Below, piece by piece: positions 9,158 to 17,683 of a stretch of DNA of 64,000 bases. Below the pieces are notes generated by a model. It worked only from the letters and a program-made list of their open reading frames with translations. It was not told the DNA's origin and made no database searches. Origin of the DNA: Escherichia coli. GTDB lineage: Bacteria > Pseudomonadota > Gammaproteobacteria > Enterobacterales > Enterobacteriaceae. Location of the stretch: assembly GCF_050920415.1 (NCBI RefSeq), contig NZ_CP169309.1, one strand, 5' to 3'. The position numbers were made by a program, and so were the translations under genes. Numbering within the stretch: position 1 is the first letter of the stretch; the number at the start of each line of letters is the position of its first letter.

Positions 9158-10203
9158 TGAGCAGAAAAAATAAAAAAGTGCGCATGAGTTCACGCATTGA
9201 TCTCGCTGATGCGCTCAGGAAAGAATCATCGCTCAGTGCATTCACATTTGATGGTCCTTATCGCCTGACCGGGCATGACCTGCTGGACAATATGTACTGT
9301 GCTGATAACGGGCGGTGGTATGAAACCCCGGTGGACTGGTACGGTCTGGCAAGAGCCGCCCGGCAAACGTCCTGGCATCAGTCTGCGCTTTACTTTAAGC
9401 GCAATGTATTGCTCGGTTGCTACATCCCGCACCCGCTGCTTTCCCGGCAGGATTTCTCGGCGCTGGCGCTGGACTGGTTTGTGTTCGGTAACGCATTCCT
9501 TGAGCTTCGAAGCAATATGCTCGGCGAACCGCTTAAATTACGGCACGCCCTGGCGAAATACATGCGACGCGGAAGCGATCTTGAATCATGGTGGTATGTG
9601 CAGGATGGCAAGGATGCGTTTCAGTTTCGCCCAGGCAAAGTGTGCCACCTGATGAATCCGGACATTAACCAGGAAATCTACGGCATGCCGGAATATCTCG
9701 GCGCATTACTCTCGGCCAGCCTGTCTCATTCGGCGGACATGTTCAGAAAACTGTATTACGACAACGGATCCCACGCCGGGTGCATCATCTACATCGGTGC
9801 AGCGCAGGTAAACCGCGAAAGCATGGACTCCCTGAAAGAAACGCTACAGGGTGCGCGTGGTGGTGGTGCGTTTAAAAACGTGCTCATTCATGCGCCCAAC
9901 GGGGGCAAAGAGGGGGTGCAAATTTTGCCGTTCCAGCAGATCACCGCAAAGGATGAGTTCATGAATGTTAAGGCGGCATCCCGTGATGATGTGCTGGCTG
10001 CGCACCGCGTTCCGCCGCAACTGATGGGGGCGATGCCGGGTGAAAAAAGTGCGTTTGGTGATGTGGAGAAGGCCGCGCGGGTTTACGCAATTAACGAGCT
10101 GATGCCCGTCATGGAGGCCATGAAGCATATCAATGACTGGCTTGGCGAAGAGGTGCTCCGCTTTAACCCTTACGCACTGCTGGACACCCAGCCCACATCC
10201 TGA
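9157..10203 (+). CDS. portal protein Q
   Basis: 348-aa ORF directly downstream of P, start overlapping P stop; P2 gpQ-like size. Confidence 0.8.
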   Translation: MSRKNKKVRMSSRIDLADALRKESSLSAFTFDGPYRLTGHDLLDNMYCADNGRWYETPVDWYGLARAARQTSWHQSALYFKRNVLLGCYIPHPLLSRQDFSALALDWFVFGNAFLELRSNMLGEPLKLRHALAKYMRRGSDLESWWYVQDGKDAFQFRPGKVCHLMNPDINQEIYGMPEYLGALLSASLSHSADMFRKLYYDNGSHAGCIIYIGAAQVNRESMDSLKETLQGARGGGAFKNVLIHAPNGGKEGVQILPFQQITAKDEFMNVKAASRDDVLAAHRVPPQLMGAMPGEKSAFGDVEKAARVYAINELMPVMEAMKHINDWLGEEVLRFNPYALLDTQPTS

Positions 10204-10694
10204 CGCGCTTCGCTTGTCTGCTGCTTCGCCGGGGCATAAAAAATTTATGCCCCGACTCTCCAGCTCCTGTATCAGTCAGATAATTTCACGACGCCTTCCA
10301 GTTTATCGCCACTATCGACAGTCAGACTCTTACGCAATCCCACTGCGCTGACTGCATGTTCTCGCCGCCTCAGTGCGATTTTGACGGCCTTATCTGCCAC
10401 CCCGTCAAATCAAAAGCCCTCACGTCTTTTTCACGCTCAGCGTGAGAAATACAGCCATTCTGTTGTGTCGCTGCGACATCGTTCAGGGGATGCTATTTAC
10501 CCCCTGAAACGCGGGCTGTTCCCCCGTCACCTGCGCGTAGAAAAAGCGCGTTTTTTTGTGCACGCACGGATCCTTGACGGATCCAGCCGCCACGCGGGCC
10601 GGAAGGGCAAAAAGTCGTTCAAAAAAATTGTGCAAATTTGTGCACTATTGTGCATTGAAATAAACGCCCTGGAAGAGGGCGTTTTGGCTCATTT
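10204..10694. other. non-coding region in the position of P2 cos / packaging site
   Basis: About 490 bp without credible ORF between portal Q and the accessory operon; contains three TGTGCA repeats (10631-10659) and a bidirectional hairpin cgccctggaagagggcg with flanking T/A runs. Cohesive-end sequence itself not identified. Confidence 0.35.
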
Positions 10695-10955
10695 CTATAG
10701 CTTTGATGCAGGCTGGGCTAGATGTAAGGGTTGGACATACCAGCCTTTTGATAACCAACTCTCTGCAACATCTTTACTCCTTGTTATTGCTGGTATTCCG
10801 ATGCCGTTATTTACATGCATCCATGCTACTGGCTCTGCTTCCAGCGATGCCAGTGCAATTTCATAAGCACGGCGTTCAATATTGTCTCGAACGTCCAGGC
10901 TGCCGATGCGCTCTTTGATTTCTTTAATCAGTTCTTTGTCGGTGAACGTTGTCAT
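10695..10955 (-). CDS. hypothetical protein (accessory operon, last gene)
   Basis: 86-aa ORF, no recognisable domain. Confidence 0.45.
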   Translation of the reverse strand: MTTFTDKELIKEIKERIGSLDVRDNIERRAYEIALASLEAEPVAWMHVNNGIGIPAITRSKDVAESWLSKGWYVQPLHLAQPASKL

Positions 10956-10965
10956 GTGTTAGTCC

Positions 10966-11229
10966 TTATCCTGCTGTGCTTTCAACTGATGAGGGGAACA
11001 AAATCTTTTCATCAAATCCGGCATTCATATCATGGACAGCAACACACCAATCCATCGACGAACGATTATCAAGAGCCTCCATGATTTCATCCATGCGGCG
11101 TAGGTCATACAGGTAAATGTTTTTATCGCCAATGGTGTAAAAACCAATTTTTTTCGGTGATGGACAGCGATCAAGAACGTCCTGTAATTCGTTCAACCAT
11201 GCCTGTTCTTTTTTTGTCAACGTTGCCAT
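10966..11229 (-). CDS. hypothetical protein (accessory operon)
   Basis: 87-aa product from internal Met MATLTKKEQAW; start trimmed to avoid overlap with upstream gene. Confidence 0.4.
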   Translation of the reverse strand: MATLTKKEQAWLNELQDVLDRCPSPKKIGFYTIGDKNIYLYDLRRMDEIMEALDNRSSMDWCVAVHDMNAGFDEKILFPSSVESTAG

Positions 11230-11230
11230 A

Positions 11231-11449
11231 TCAGTTTTCCTTATACGGATTAATTTTATTGTGCAATGTGTTGAACGACGCCCATACCACGTCGTTATAC
11301 AATTCAATAACTGGCTCAATTATTTTCCCGATTGCCCAGATAAAAATTAGCGGGGATATCGGTATCATCAACACGATAAACAGAATGAGAAACAGAAATT
11401 CTATTGCTCTACTCTTTCGCGGATAGTTTTTCCTGAATAGTGTAGGCAC
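11231..11449 (-). CDS. small membrane protein (accessory operon)
   Basis: 72 aa, GTG start preceded by AAGGAG; hydrophobic core FLFLILFIVLMIPISPLIFIWAIG; AT-rich. Confidence 0.45.
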   Translation of the reverse strand: MPTLFRKNYPRKSRAIEFLFLILFIVLMIPISPLIFIWAIGKIIEPVIELYNDVVWASFNTLHNKINPYKEN

Positions 11450-11450
11450 C

Positions 11451-11645
11451 TCACTCTCCTTTAATGCGAAAGTGGTTTTTCCAGCGGTTTTGCGCCGCGC
11501 TGGGCTTTTTGCAAAAACCGCAATCCATCATCCCGTAATATTTCATCAACCCCATTCGTCGGTTGCTGAGTCTCACCCACTGCCATACGCCTGGATCGTT
11601 TCTGCGAACTAACAGAATCTTTGCTTTACGGTTGTTGGTTGCCAT
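11451..11645 (-). CDS. small basic protein (accessory operon)
   Basis: 64 aa from ATG at 11645, preceded by AAGGGAGG Shine-Dalgarno. Confidence 0.45.
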   Translation of the reverse strand: MATNNRKAKILLVRRNDPGVWQWVRLSNRRMGLMKYYGMMDCGFCKKPSAAQNRWKNHFRIKGE

Positions 11646-11961
11646 ATCCCCCTCCCTTGATACCAATATTTACAACATGGCAAGCCTCTTTGAGCACCCA
11701 GTCAACAGCGTCTTTCCATGCTCCGGTTTCGGCTGGCGGATTCTCACGCTTTACCAGTTCATAGAAACGTACTGCTCTAACCAGTCCATCTGACGGTTTT
11801 GCCTGTAGTGCAGCCTGAGCTATGCGGTATGCCTGGAGTATACGGGCGTCGTTGATATCCATTCCGAACGGAATTTCTGATGATTGTGATTCTGCATCTT
11901 CAAGCCTGGCAATTTCTTTACGTAAGAAGTATTTCAACTCTTGTTTTTGTTTTCTGTTCAT
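11626..11961 (-). CDS. hypothetical protein (accessory operon)
   Basis: 111 aa; ATGA start/stop overlap with upstream zinc-finger gene; AAGGGA Shine-Dalgarno. Confidence 0.5.
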   Translation of the reverse strand: MNRKQKQELKYFLRKEIARLEDAESQSSEIPFGMDINDARILQAYRIAQAALQAKPSDGLVRAVRFYELVKRENPPAETGAWKDAVDWVLKEACHVVNIGIKGGGYGNQQP

Positions 11962-12290
11962 GCGTTTTTTCCCTTTTTGTCTGTCACTTCTCTCCTGATA
12001 ATTTCATTGCACAAATCCACGCACTCATTGCAGATGTAAACAGACGGTCCAGCAATCACCTTTGTGACTTCGTACTGGGATTTATTGCAGAAGCTGCAAT
12101 AAATCGTCTCCTCACCTGAAGTCCATGTTTTGCTGGTTTCGCCAGACATCAGTTGTTTGAGGTCTTTTTCACGACGAAGAACTATCTGGCCACATTCAGC
12201 TATTTTTTGGATGTTGACATTTTCTTCTTTCGCCAGCGCTTCCATCCGCTCAATCAGTCGCTGCGCTTTTTCTCTGTCAATGTGTTGCAT
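11958..12290 (-). CDS. small protein with C-terminal ClpX-type C4 zinc-finger domain
   Basis: Segment [40 protein letters not shown] closely matches the recalled N-terminal zinc-binding domain of ClpX ([40 protein letters not shown]); no AAA+ domain follows. AAGGGGGA Shine-Dalgarno. Confidence 0.6.
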   Translation of the reverse strand: MQHIDREKAQRLIERMEALAKEENVNIQKIAECGQIVLRREKDLKQLMSGETSKTWTSGEETIYCSFCNKSQYEVTKVIAGPSVYICNECVDLCNEIIRREVTDKKGKNA

Positions 12291-12353
12291 TGTGTCCCCC
12301 TTGTTTATGCTCCCGGGTTAAAGTCATCAGGGCGGATGCGCCCTGATGTTGTG

Positions 12354-12665
12354 TTATTCGGGAAATAACGCCCGGATATTTCCGGCCATCTGACTGGTTA
12401 TCTGTGCGGCTGATACTGGCTGTGACGCGGGGCGTTCTGTCCTGGGTTGTGTCACTGATAACGCCTCATCATCAGCCCATGCAGCCAGTCGGTAAGCCTC
12501 TGCCGGATTCATTTTCAGTAGTGCCAGCCCGGCCAGAAAAGCCACGCGTTGACCACTTTTGCGGGCTTCTGGTGTAAGGCTGTCCAGCCAGGCGCATGCT
12601 TCGCCTTCGTTCTTGACGGCGGCGGGCTTCAGATAGAAACTTATCCGTCTGGTTGGTGTCGTCAT
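12354..12665 (-). CDS. ParR-like centromere-binding protein (ribbon-helix-helix)
   Basis: 103 aa; RRISFYLKP...WLDSL...FLAGLALL...NIRALFPE resembles recalled plasmid R1 ParR (RRTIAFKLNP...TLDSI...LTAGLALY...ILRSLFPKE); directly downstream of the ParM-like gene with AAGGAG Shine-Dalgarno. Confidence 0.6.
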   Translation of the reverse strand: MTTPTRRISFYLKPAAVKNEGEACAWLDSLTPEARKSGQRVAFLAGLALLKMNPAEAYRLAAWADDEALSVTQPRTERPASQPVSAAQITSQMAGNIRALFPE

Positions 12666-12669
12666 TGGC

Positions 12670-13629
12670 TTACTCCTTGTCCATTGCGTACAGCCCATTA
12701 ACCAGAGCAAACTGTGGCACCCCGTCCGCGATGAAAGTCGCATTAACTCCGCAGGCTTCGCGGATAGCGGGTGCCACAATCTCCGCCCCGCCACCGACAA
12801 CCATCACCCGCCCGTAACCCGAAAAACCCGCCAGCGCGCGGATCACGCGTTGTTTCAGTGTTTCTTCCTTTTCACGAATAACCGCCATCAGGCTGGCGTA
12901 ATGCGCGTCATTGTGGATGTGCTGGCGCAGCCAGGCTTCATCATGGCGATGTTCAATAATGGTATTGGCGATGTGGTGACTGGTGCGCATACCGTTAGTG
13001 GCCATCACCGACAGCACGGCATCGGCCATCAGTGAAACACCTACGTGTGGATCGCAAAACACCTGGCTGATACCTGCCAGTTGTCCCTGAACCTTTGCCA
13101 CATCCAGCGTGGTTCCGCCCAAATCCACAATCAGCAGGGATTCAAACGGACTCATGTCAGCCAGTGCCTTAAAGCCTGCCGGAATGGATTCAGGCATAAC
13201 CCGCACGTTACGGATAGTGAATGCCTCACCGTTCTGGTACTCCACCGGGCGCATAACGTTCGCTTTTTTGCGGTTGATGTTGGCCATGTCCGGCTGTGCG
13301 TTTGTGTCGAAATACTCGCTCAGTGGCAGGGTGACAACCACATCCACCTCCTGTGGCGTGATGCCTGATTTGACCAGCGCGTGATGAATGGCAATGACAT
13401 TCACATCGCTGTATTGGTATTGCGTGTCGGTCGTCTGGACAAAGCGATCGCTGACCGGATCAAAACCATAGCGCACGCCATCAAGCATGTAGTTCGCGGG
13501 CTGCGTGCCACCGAACGGCGCAGACCATTCCGACTTGAAGCTGTTCGGGCTGATGGCGTTGCGGCGTTCGCCGTTCTCAGTCCATGCCAGCTTGATGTTG
13601 GTGGAGCCGTCGTCGATACAAATTTTCAT
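12670..13629 (-). CDS. ParM/StbA-like actin-fold segregation ATPase
   Basis: 319 aa with the ParM nucleotide-binding motifs: MKICIDDGSTNIKLAW (phosphate 1), IVDLGGTTLDV (connect/adenosine), VMVVGGGAEI (phosphate 2). Confidence 0.8.
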   Translation of the reverse strand: MKICIDDGSTNIKLAWTENGERRNAISPNSFKSEWSAPFGGTQPANYMLDGVRYGFDPVSDRFVQTTDTQYQYSDVNVIAIHHALVKSGITPQEVDVVVTLPLSEYFDTNAQPDMANINRKKANVMRPVEYQNGEAFTIRNVRVMPESIPAGFKALADMSPFESLLIVDLGGTTLDVAKVQGQLAGISQVFCDPHVGVSLMADAVLSVMATNGMRTSHHIANTIIEHRHDEAWLRQHIHNDAHYASLMAVIREKEETLKQRVIRALAGFSGYGRVMVVGGGAEIVAPAIREACGVNATFIADGVPQFALVNGLYAMDKE

Positions 13630-13660
13630 GTCGCTTTTCCTTATGTTGATTAATTAATCG

Positions 13661-13760
13661 TTTACGGGATTCTGAAATCCCGTTTTTGCCTGCTTTGTGC
13701 GCGCTTCATATATCACTGCGCGTTTTTTGCTCATTTACGGGATTCGTGAGTCCCGTTTCT
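13661..13760. repeat. two direct copies of a 27-bp hairpin-containing repeat upstream of the ParM-like gene
   Basis: TTTACGGGATTCTGAAATCCCGTTTTT (13661-13687) and TTTACGGGATTCGTGAGTCCCGTTTCT (13734-13760), 22/27 identical, each an ACGGGA/TCCCGT inverted repeat; the second lies inside the 3' end of gene A. Confidence 0.5.
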
Positions 13761-16528
13761 GTCTGTTTTTTGTTTCCGCTGGTCAGGCCACCCCGCAGCA
13801 GGTCTGCTTTGCGGCTGGCGCGTTCAGTGGTTTCACTGATTCTCTGTGCGTGCTCTGCGTCGCGGATGGCGCGCAGCATGTCAGAAAGCACAGTAACGGG
13901 TGTTTTCATGGTGTTCTGGTCCTGCTGAAGTGTGGATGCCAGGCGTGCGGCGGCTTCAGGGTCTGATGCCCCCAGCTGTGCCAGATAGCTGGCGACCGGG
14001 TTATGGCGGATCTCCGTGCTGCTTACGCCATGATTACGGCTCAGGCGCTGCCAGAGCTGCGTGATTCGGCTGTCCGGGCGGGTATCCGGTTTGCGTACAA
14101 TTTCAAATCCCTGCGGTGCAATGATGCTGCCGTCAACGTACAGACTGCCGCCCCGTAACAGGTGCTGCATCTGTTGTTCACCGATATGCAGGCCGAGAGA
14201 TTCAGCAGACTCCCGCCATTCTTTAGCGAGTAATTCGTGGTTATCAGGCAAAGGCCGCTGCTGTTTGCGGCTCTGTGTCCAGCTCTGCATTTCATCACTG
14301 CTGTTTTTTGCCTGTTTGTCACGAAGCGAACGCATCAGCGCCCGGCGTTCGTGCCGTTTCAGTGAGCGCATCCATTCGTTCACTTCAACGCCGTCAGGGA
14401 GCTGCGGCCACGGTGCTGGCCGTTCTTCCGGCTGTTCTGTCCCGTTGTTGTCCGTTTCCTGTGCACGGGGACAGTTATTGCCACGAGTCCAAGGGGCGGC
14501 AGGGCCGCCCTGAAGGTCAAAACCATTTTCGTGGGCGTTGTCTCCCGGTTCTGGTTTACGTCTTACCAGCTTCCAGTTATCCGGATGCGTGCACACACGG
14601 GAGGATTCCCCGATGAGTGGTGACCAGATCCCGTAAATCTGTACGCTCTGTTCGCCGTAATCGTTCAGCTCATCTGCGAGGTCGTAGGCGGTGCGAATCA
14701 GGTAGTCCTTGCGTGGAACAAGCACGCCACCCTGTTTTTCAATGTAGGTGGCAAAACACCCGGCATCGGCGGCAGCGAGTACCGCATCCATTGCATCATC
14801 TTTCAGCCGTTGCGGGCCTTCCGGATTGCGTGCCATCTGGCTGGCAAGGCGGCGCAGTTCACGCCACACCTGACGGGAGGGGATGCCAAAGAACTGGAAC
14901 TGACGGACCCGGTGAAGGCGCGCCCAGCCGATGGCGCGCTCCACGCTCTCGGCCATTGATTTTCCGGTTTCGTGGTCAACGCGTGGCTTGCCCGTTTTCG
15001 GGTCGATGCCATCCACGGCGCGGCTGTCCAGGTTCTTTCCGATGTAGGTGGCGATGTAGCTGGTTGGTGTGCCTTTTGAGCCGTCGACATACTCCGCCTT
15101 AAAACGCGGAGTTATGTCATCGCCCAGCTCGTGGCGGTCCTCCTGAATGGCAATATCGCAGACGTGGGACACGATGGTTTCAATCTCGTCCGGATGTGCA
15201 AAGACCATCATATGCCAGTGCACAGTGCCGTCATGGTGAGGCTCCACCGTGCGGATGCCATACCAGCGCAGGCCGTCGCGGTTCAGTTTTTTGCGGACCG
15301 CCGCAAAAAACGTGTTAACCAGGTAATCGCTGGAGTCGCGCATGGTGGCCCCGTTCCATTTGGGGTTCGGATGACCGTTCTCCGTTGTTGCGTGGTATTT
15401 TGACGGGCAGGTGACGGTCAGAAACACCGCTCTGTCGCCACGGGCTTCGGCCAGAAGTTCCAGTCCCTTCATGGTGGCCATCATTTCTGCCTTACGGTGA
15501 ACCGGGTTACTTACTCCCGCGTAATACACCGTCTCGAGATCAATCGTGAACCCGTCTTCATTTTCCAGCATGAAACTTTTCAGGAAATCGCGTGTTTTCT
15601 CGCGCTGTGCGCGAAACTCGCTTAACGCGTCCTGGCTCAGATAGGGGGATGTTTTTCTGGAAACCAGACAGGCGGCGCGGAGTTGTTCTTCCCGCCACTC
15701 ACAACGTAACAGCCACAGTTTGCGTTTCCACCATTCCGCACAGGTCAAGCGAAGGATTGCGCCCGGCAGCAGCTCCGTGTCCGGTTCGTTCCTCCGGTCT
15801 TTGTCTGTTGTCAGTGCGTCATAATGTGGAGGCATGGCGTGCAGGTGTAACGCCATGCGGGCCAGCATCTGATAAGCCTTCAGGGTTACATCCATGGTCA
15901 GCTCGCCATCAGTCGCGCCAAAGCCATCGCAGAGTTTTTCGAAGGTGCTGCTGAACATCGCCGCCGTCATGGTGGCCAGCGTCTGTATCTGGTGTTTGTT
16001 GAGCTGCGGCAGGTAAAGCAAATCGTCCAGGCGTTCGCGTCCGGCAAGGGAGCGATAACCCGGTGTCAGCCAGCGGTGGTCGGTGCGGTCCAGACGTTCG
16101 AATATTTTGCGCAGGGTTCCGCACGCGTAGCGTTCAGCCTGCCAGCTCTTTTTGCCTTTCCGGCGATCGGCTTCCTGTTTTTTGCGCAGGAAGGAGAGGT
16201 GGCGAATAAGCGGATCGCGCAGATAGGACGGCAGCAGGCGCAGCGAGGCCATGGCTTCATCCACCGCGCCACGTGCCTGTTTTCTGGCGTCTCCTGCCAG
16301 TGTGATGGTTTTGTCCTGTTTTTCCTGTGCGTCCAGGCTTTTATTAATCAGGTTGCCCAGCGGCGTGGCGGAGAACGCCGCATCAGCCATTTCCTGGCGG
16401 CGCTCGTTCTCTGCCCGGTAGGCATCCAGCCAGGAGGAAAGCGCGGATTCAGGAGCGGGGATCCCCGTTCCTTCACGCCCCACTGCGTGGCGCGGTTGTT
16501 GCCAGTCCCTGATGTACTCTGCCGTCAT
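13706..16528 (-). CDS. replication initiation protein A (rolling-circle nicking endonuclease, P2 gpA-like)
   Basis: 940 aa; HUH-type motif region GTVHWHMMVF and tyrosine motif TSYIATYIGK; position between early genes and accessory region. Confidence 0.8.
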   Translation of the reverse strand: MTAEYIRDWQQPRHAVGREGTGIPAPESALSSWLDAYRAENERRQEMADAAFSATPLGNLINKSLDAQEKQDKTITLAGDARKQARGAVDEAMASLRLLPSYLRDPLIRHLSFLRKKQEADRRKGKKSWQAERYACGTLRKIFERLDRTDHRWLTPGYRSLAGRERLDDLLYLPQLNKHQIQTLATMTAAMFSSTFEKLCDGFGATDGELTMDVTLKAYQMLARMALHLHAMPPHYDALTTDKDRRNEPDTELLPGAILRLTCAEWWKRKLWLLRCEWREEQLRAACLVSRKTSPYLSQDALSEFRAQREKTRDFLKSFMLENEDGFTIDLETVYYAGVSNPVHRKAEMMATMKGLELLAEARGDRAVFLTVTCPSKYHATTENGHPNPKWNGATMRDSSDYLVNTFFAAVRKKLNRDGLRWYGIRTVEPHHDGTVHWHMMVFAHPDEIETIVSHVCDIAIQEDRHELGDDITPRFKAEYVDGSKGTPTSYIATYIGKNLDSRAVDGIDPKTGKPRVDHETGKSMAESVERAIGWARLHRVRQFQFFGIPSRQVWRELRRLASQMARNPEGPQRLKDDAMDAVLAAADAGCFATYIEKQGGVLVPRKDYLIRTAYDLADELNDYGEQSVQIYGIWSPLIGESSRVCTHPDNWKLVRRKPEPGDNAHENGFDLQGGPAAPWTRGNNCPRAQETDNNGTEQPEERPAPWPQLPDGVEVNEWMRSLKRHERRALMRSLRDKQAKNSSDEMQSWTQSRKQQRPLPDNHELLAKEWRESAESLGLHIGEQQMQHLLRGGSLYVDGSIIAPQGFEIVRKPDTRPDSRITQLWQRLSRNHGVSSTEIRHNPVASYLAQLGASDPEAAARLASTLQQDQNTMKTPVTVLSDMLRAIRDAEHAQRISETTERASRKADLLRGGLTSGNKKQTETGLTNPVNEQKTRSDI

Positions 16529-16534
16529 AGTGAT

Positions 16535-16900
16535 TTACTTCGTCATGCCATTCAGGGTGTCGCGGCAGACTGTAGCCAGCCGCTGAATTTCCAGCACGGT
16601 GTCTTCTGTGTCGGCATGGCGATGTGTGATGCGGATGCTGTCGGCAATCACATCGACGATTGCAGAGGATGGGCGCTGGTAAATGCCAATAACGGACGGG
16701 GTGCCACCTTCAATGCGGTAAAGCCTGTAATTTCCCTCGTGGCTGTCAATCATGTAGCGACCATCAATAACAATCTTTCCGTCAGCGAGCTGCGGTACAG
16801 GCAGGGATTTCAGGTACATGTCATAACGATCACGCACGCGAGCGGCAAGATCACGTTCTGTGTTGAGCAGGTATTCAAGAAAGTCGTTGGCGAGAATCAT
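16535..16900 (-). CDS. hypothetical early protein
   Basis: 121-aa ORF immediately upstream of A on the same strand. Confidence 0.45.
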   Translation of the reverse strand: MILANDFLEYLLNTERDLAARVRDRYDMYLKSLPVPQLADGKIVIDGRYMIDSHEGNYRLYRIEGGTPSVIGIYQRPSSAIVDVIADSIRITHRHADTEDTVLEIQRLATVCRDTLNGMTK

Positions 16901-17041
16901 TGCGGCAATCCTCTTGTTACAGATGTGCGAAGGCCTCCCGCCGCAAGGTGCAGGAAAGGCCCGGAACAGGAATTAATGGAGTTTGTTTTGCAGCCGGATG
17001 AGCTGCTGAAGCCCGACGTGGTTTCCGGCAGTTGGAGGTGC

Positions 17042-17287
17042 TCATGCTCTGATTTCCCTCAGTAGCTGGTTGAACATCTGGGTTAGTGGGTTGCTACACC
17101 CAAACGGCATCGGGTTTACCTGATAGGAAAAGCGACCGCCTGTTTTGCGCTCTTTTCTTATGACTGAACCGCTGCGCCAGAGACGGCGTAGCTCCGCATT
17201 AATGGTTGTGGTTGGTGTATTCAGTGCTGCGGCGATTTCTCCACCGCTACAACCCGGATTGGCAGCGATGTAGTCCAGAATGGTCAT
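17042..17287 (-). CDS. small putative winged-helix DNA-binding protein
   Basis: 81 aa; pattern ILDYIAANPGCSGGEIAAALN...INAELRRLWRSG suggests a winged helix. Confidence 0.45.
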   Translation of the reverse strand: MTILDYIAANPGCSGGEIAAALNTPTTTINAELRRLWRSGSVIRKERKTGGRFSYQVNPMPFGCSNPLTQMFNQLLREIRA

Positions 17288-17487
17288 CTGCGTGACTCCT
17301 GTACCTGTCTGATAAGATTCACCTGCACCACGTTGGTGGCGCAGAAGTAAGTGCCGTCAGTGAGATAGATGTGATGTGCATCCTTTTCTGAACGGTGTTT
17401 GTCGATTGTGGTAATCAGGCGTTCGTCAACTTCGTATTCACGTCCTCTGGAGGTGAAACGAACGACAGGAAAATGCTTAATTGCCAT
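17284..17487 (-). CDS. hypothetical early protein
   Basis: 67 aa from ATG at 17487 preceded by AAGGAGG; a longer upstream extension to 17538 is possible. Confidence 0.4.
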   Translation of the reverse strand: MAIKHFPVVRFTSRGREYEVDERLITTIDKHRSEKDAHHIYLTDGTYFCATNVVQVNLIRQVQESRR

Positions 17488-17683
17488 TACGCCTCCTTGG
17501 CGTGTGCGAATACCTCCGCGAATGCGGATTGTTTTCACATTTTCTTATTTAACCTGGGGTCTTATTTGCGCGGTTATTCTTCAGTGAAAAAGCGTTCAAT
17601 CTTTTTTACTGAATTAATAATTCGCATAATCCCAATGGCGCAGACCACCGAAATAATCAGAACAAGCCATGAGATAAATATAC

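Noticed and set aside
10381-12368. Plus-strand ORFs overlapping the accessory operon (10381-10866, 10815-11084, 11157-11426, 11563-11793, 11880-12119, 12130-12368)
   Set aside because: They are antisense to a tiled minus-strand operon with good ribosome-binding sites and coupled junctions, and their translations are low-complexity and Cys/Leu/Phe-rich as expected from reverse frames
12670-13629. Alternative reading of the 319-aa ATPase as Hsp70/DnaK or MreB/FtsA-like
   Set aside because: Length, the N-terminal IDDGSTNIKL start and the DLGGTTLD and VGGGAE motifs fit the ParM/StbA subgroup, and a ParR-like gene follows immediately
14617-17065. Plus-strand ORFs of 161 and 357 aa inside and beyond gene A
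   Set aside because: Arg/Cys/Gly-rich products typical of the antisense frame of a GC-rich gene; the region is fully accounted for by the A protein with recognisable replication-protein motifs
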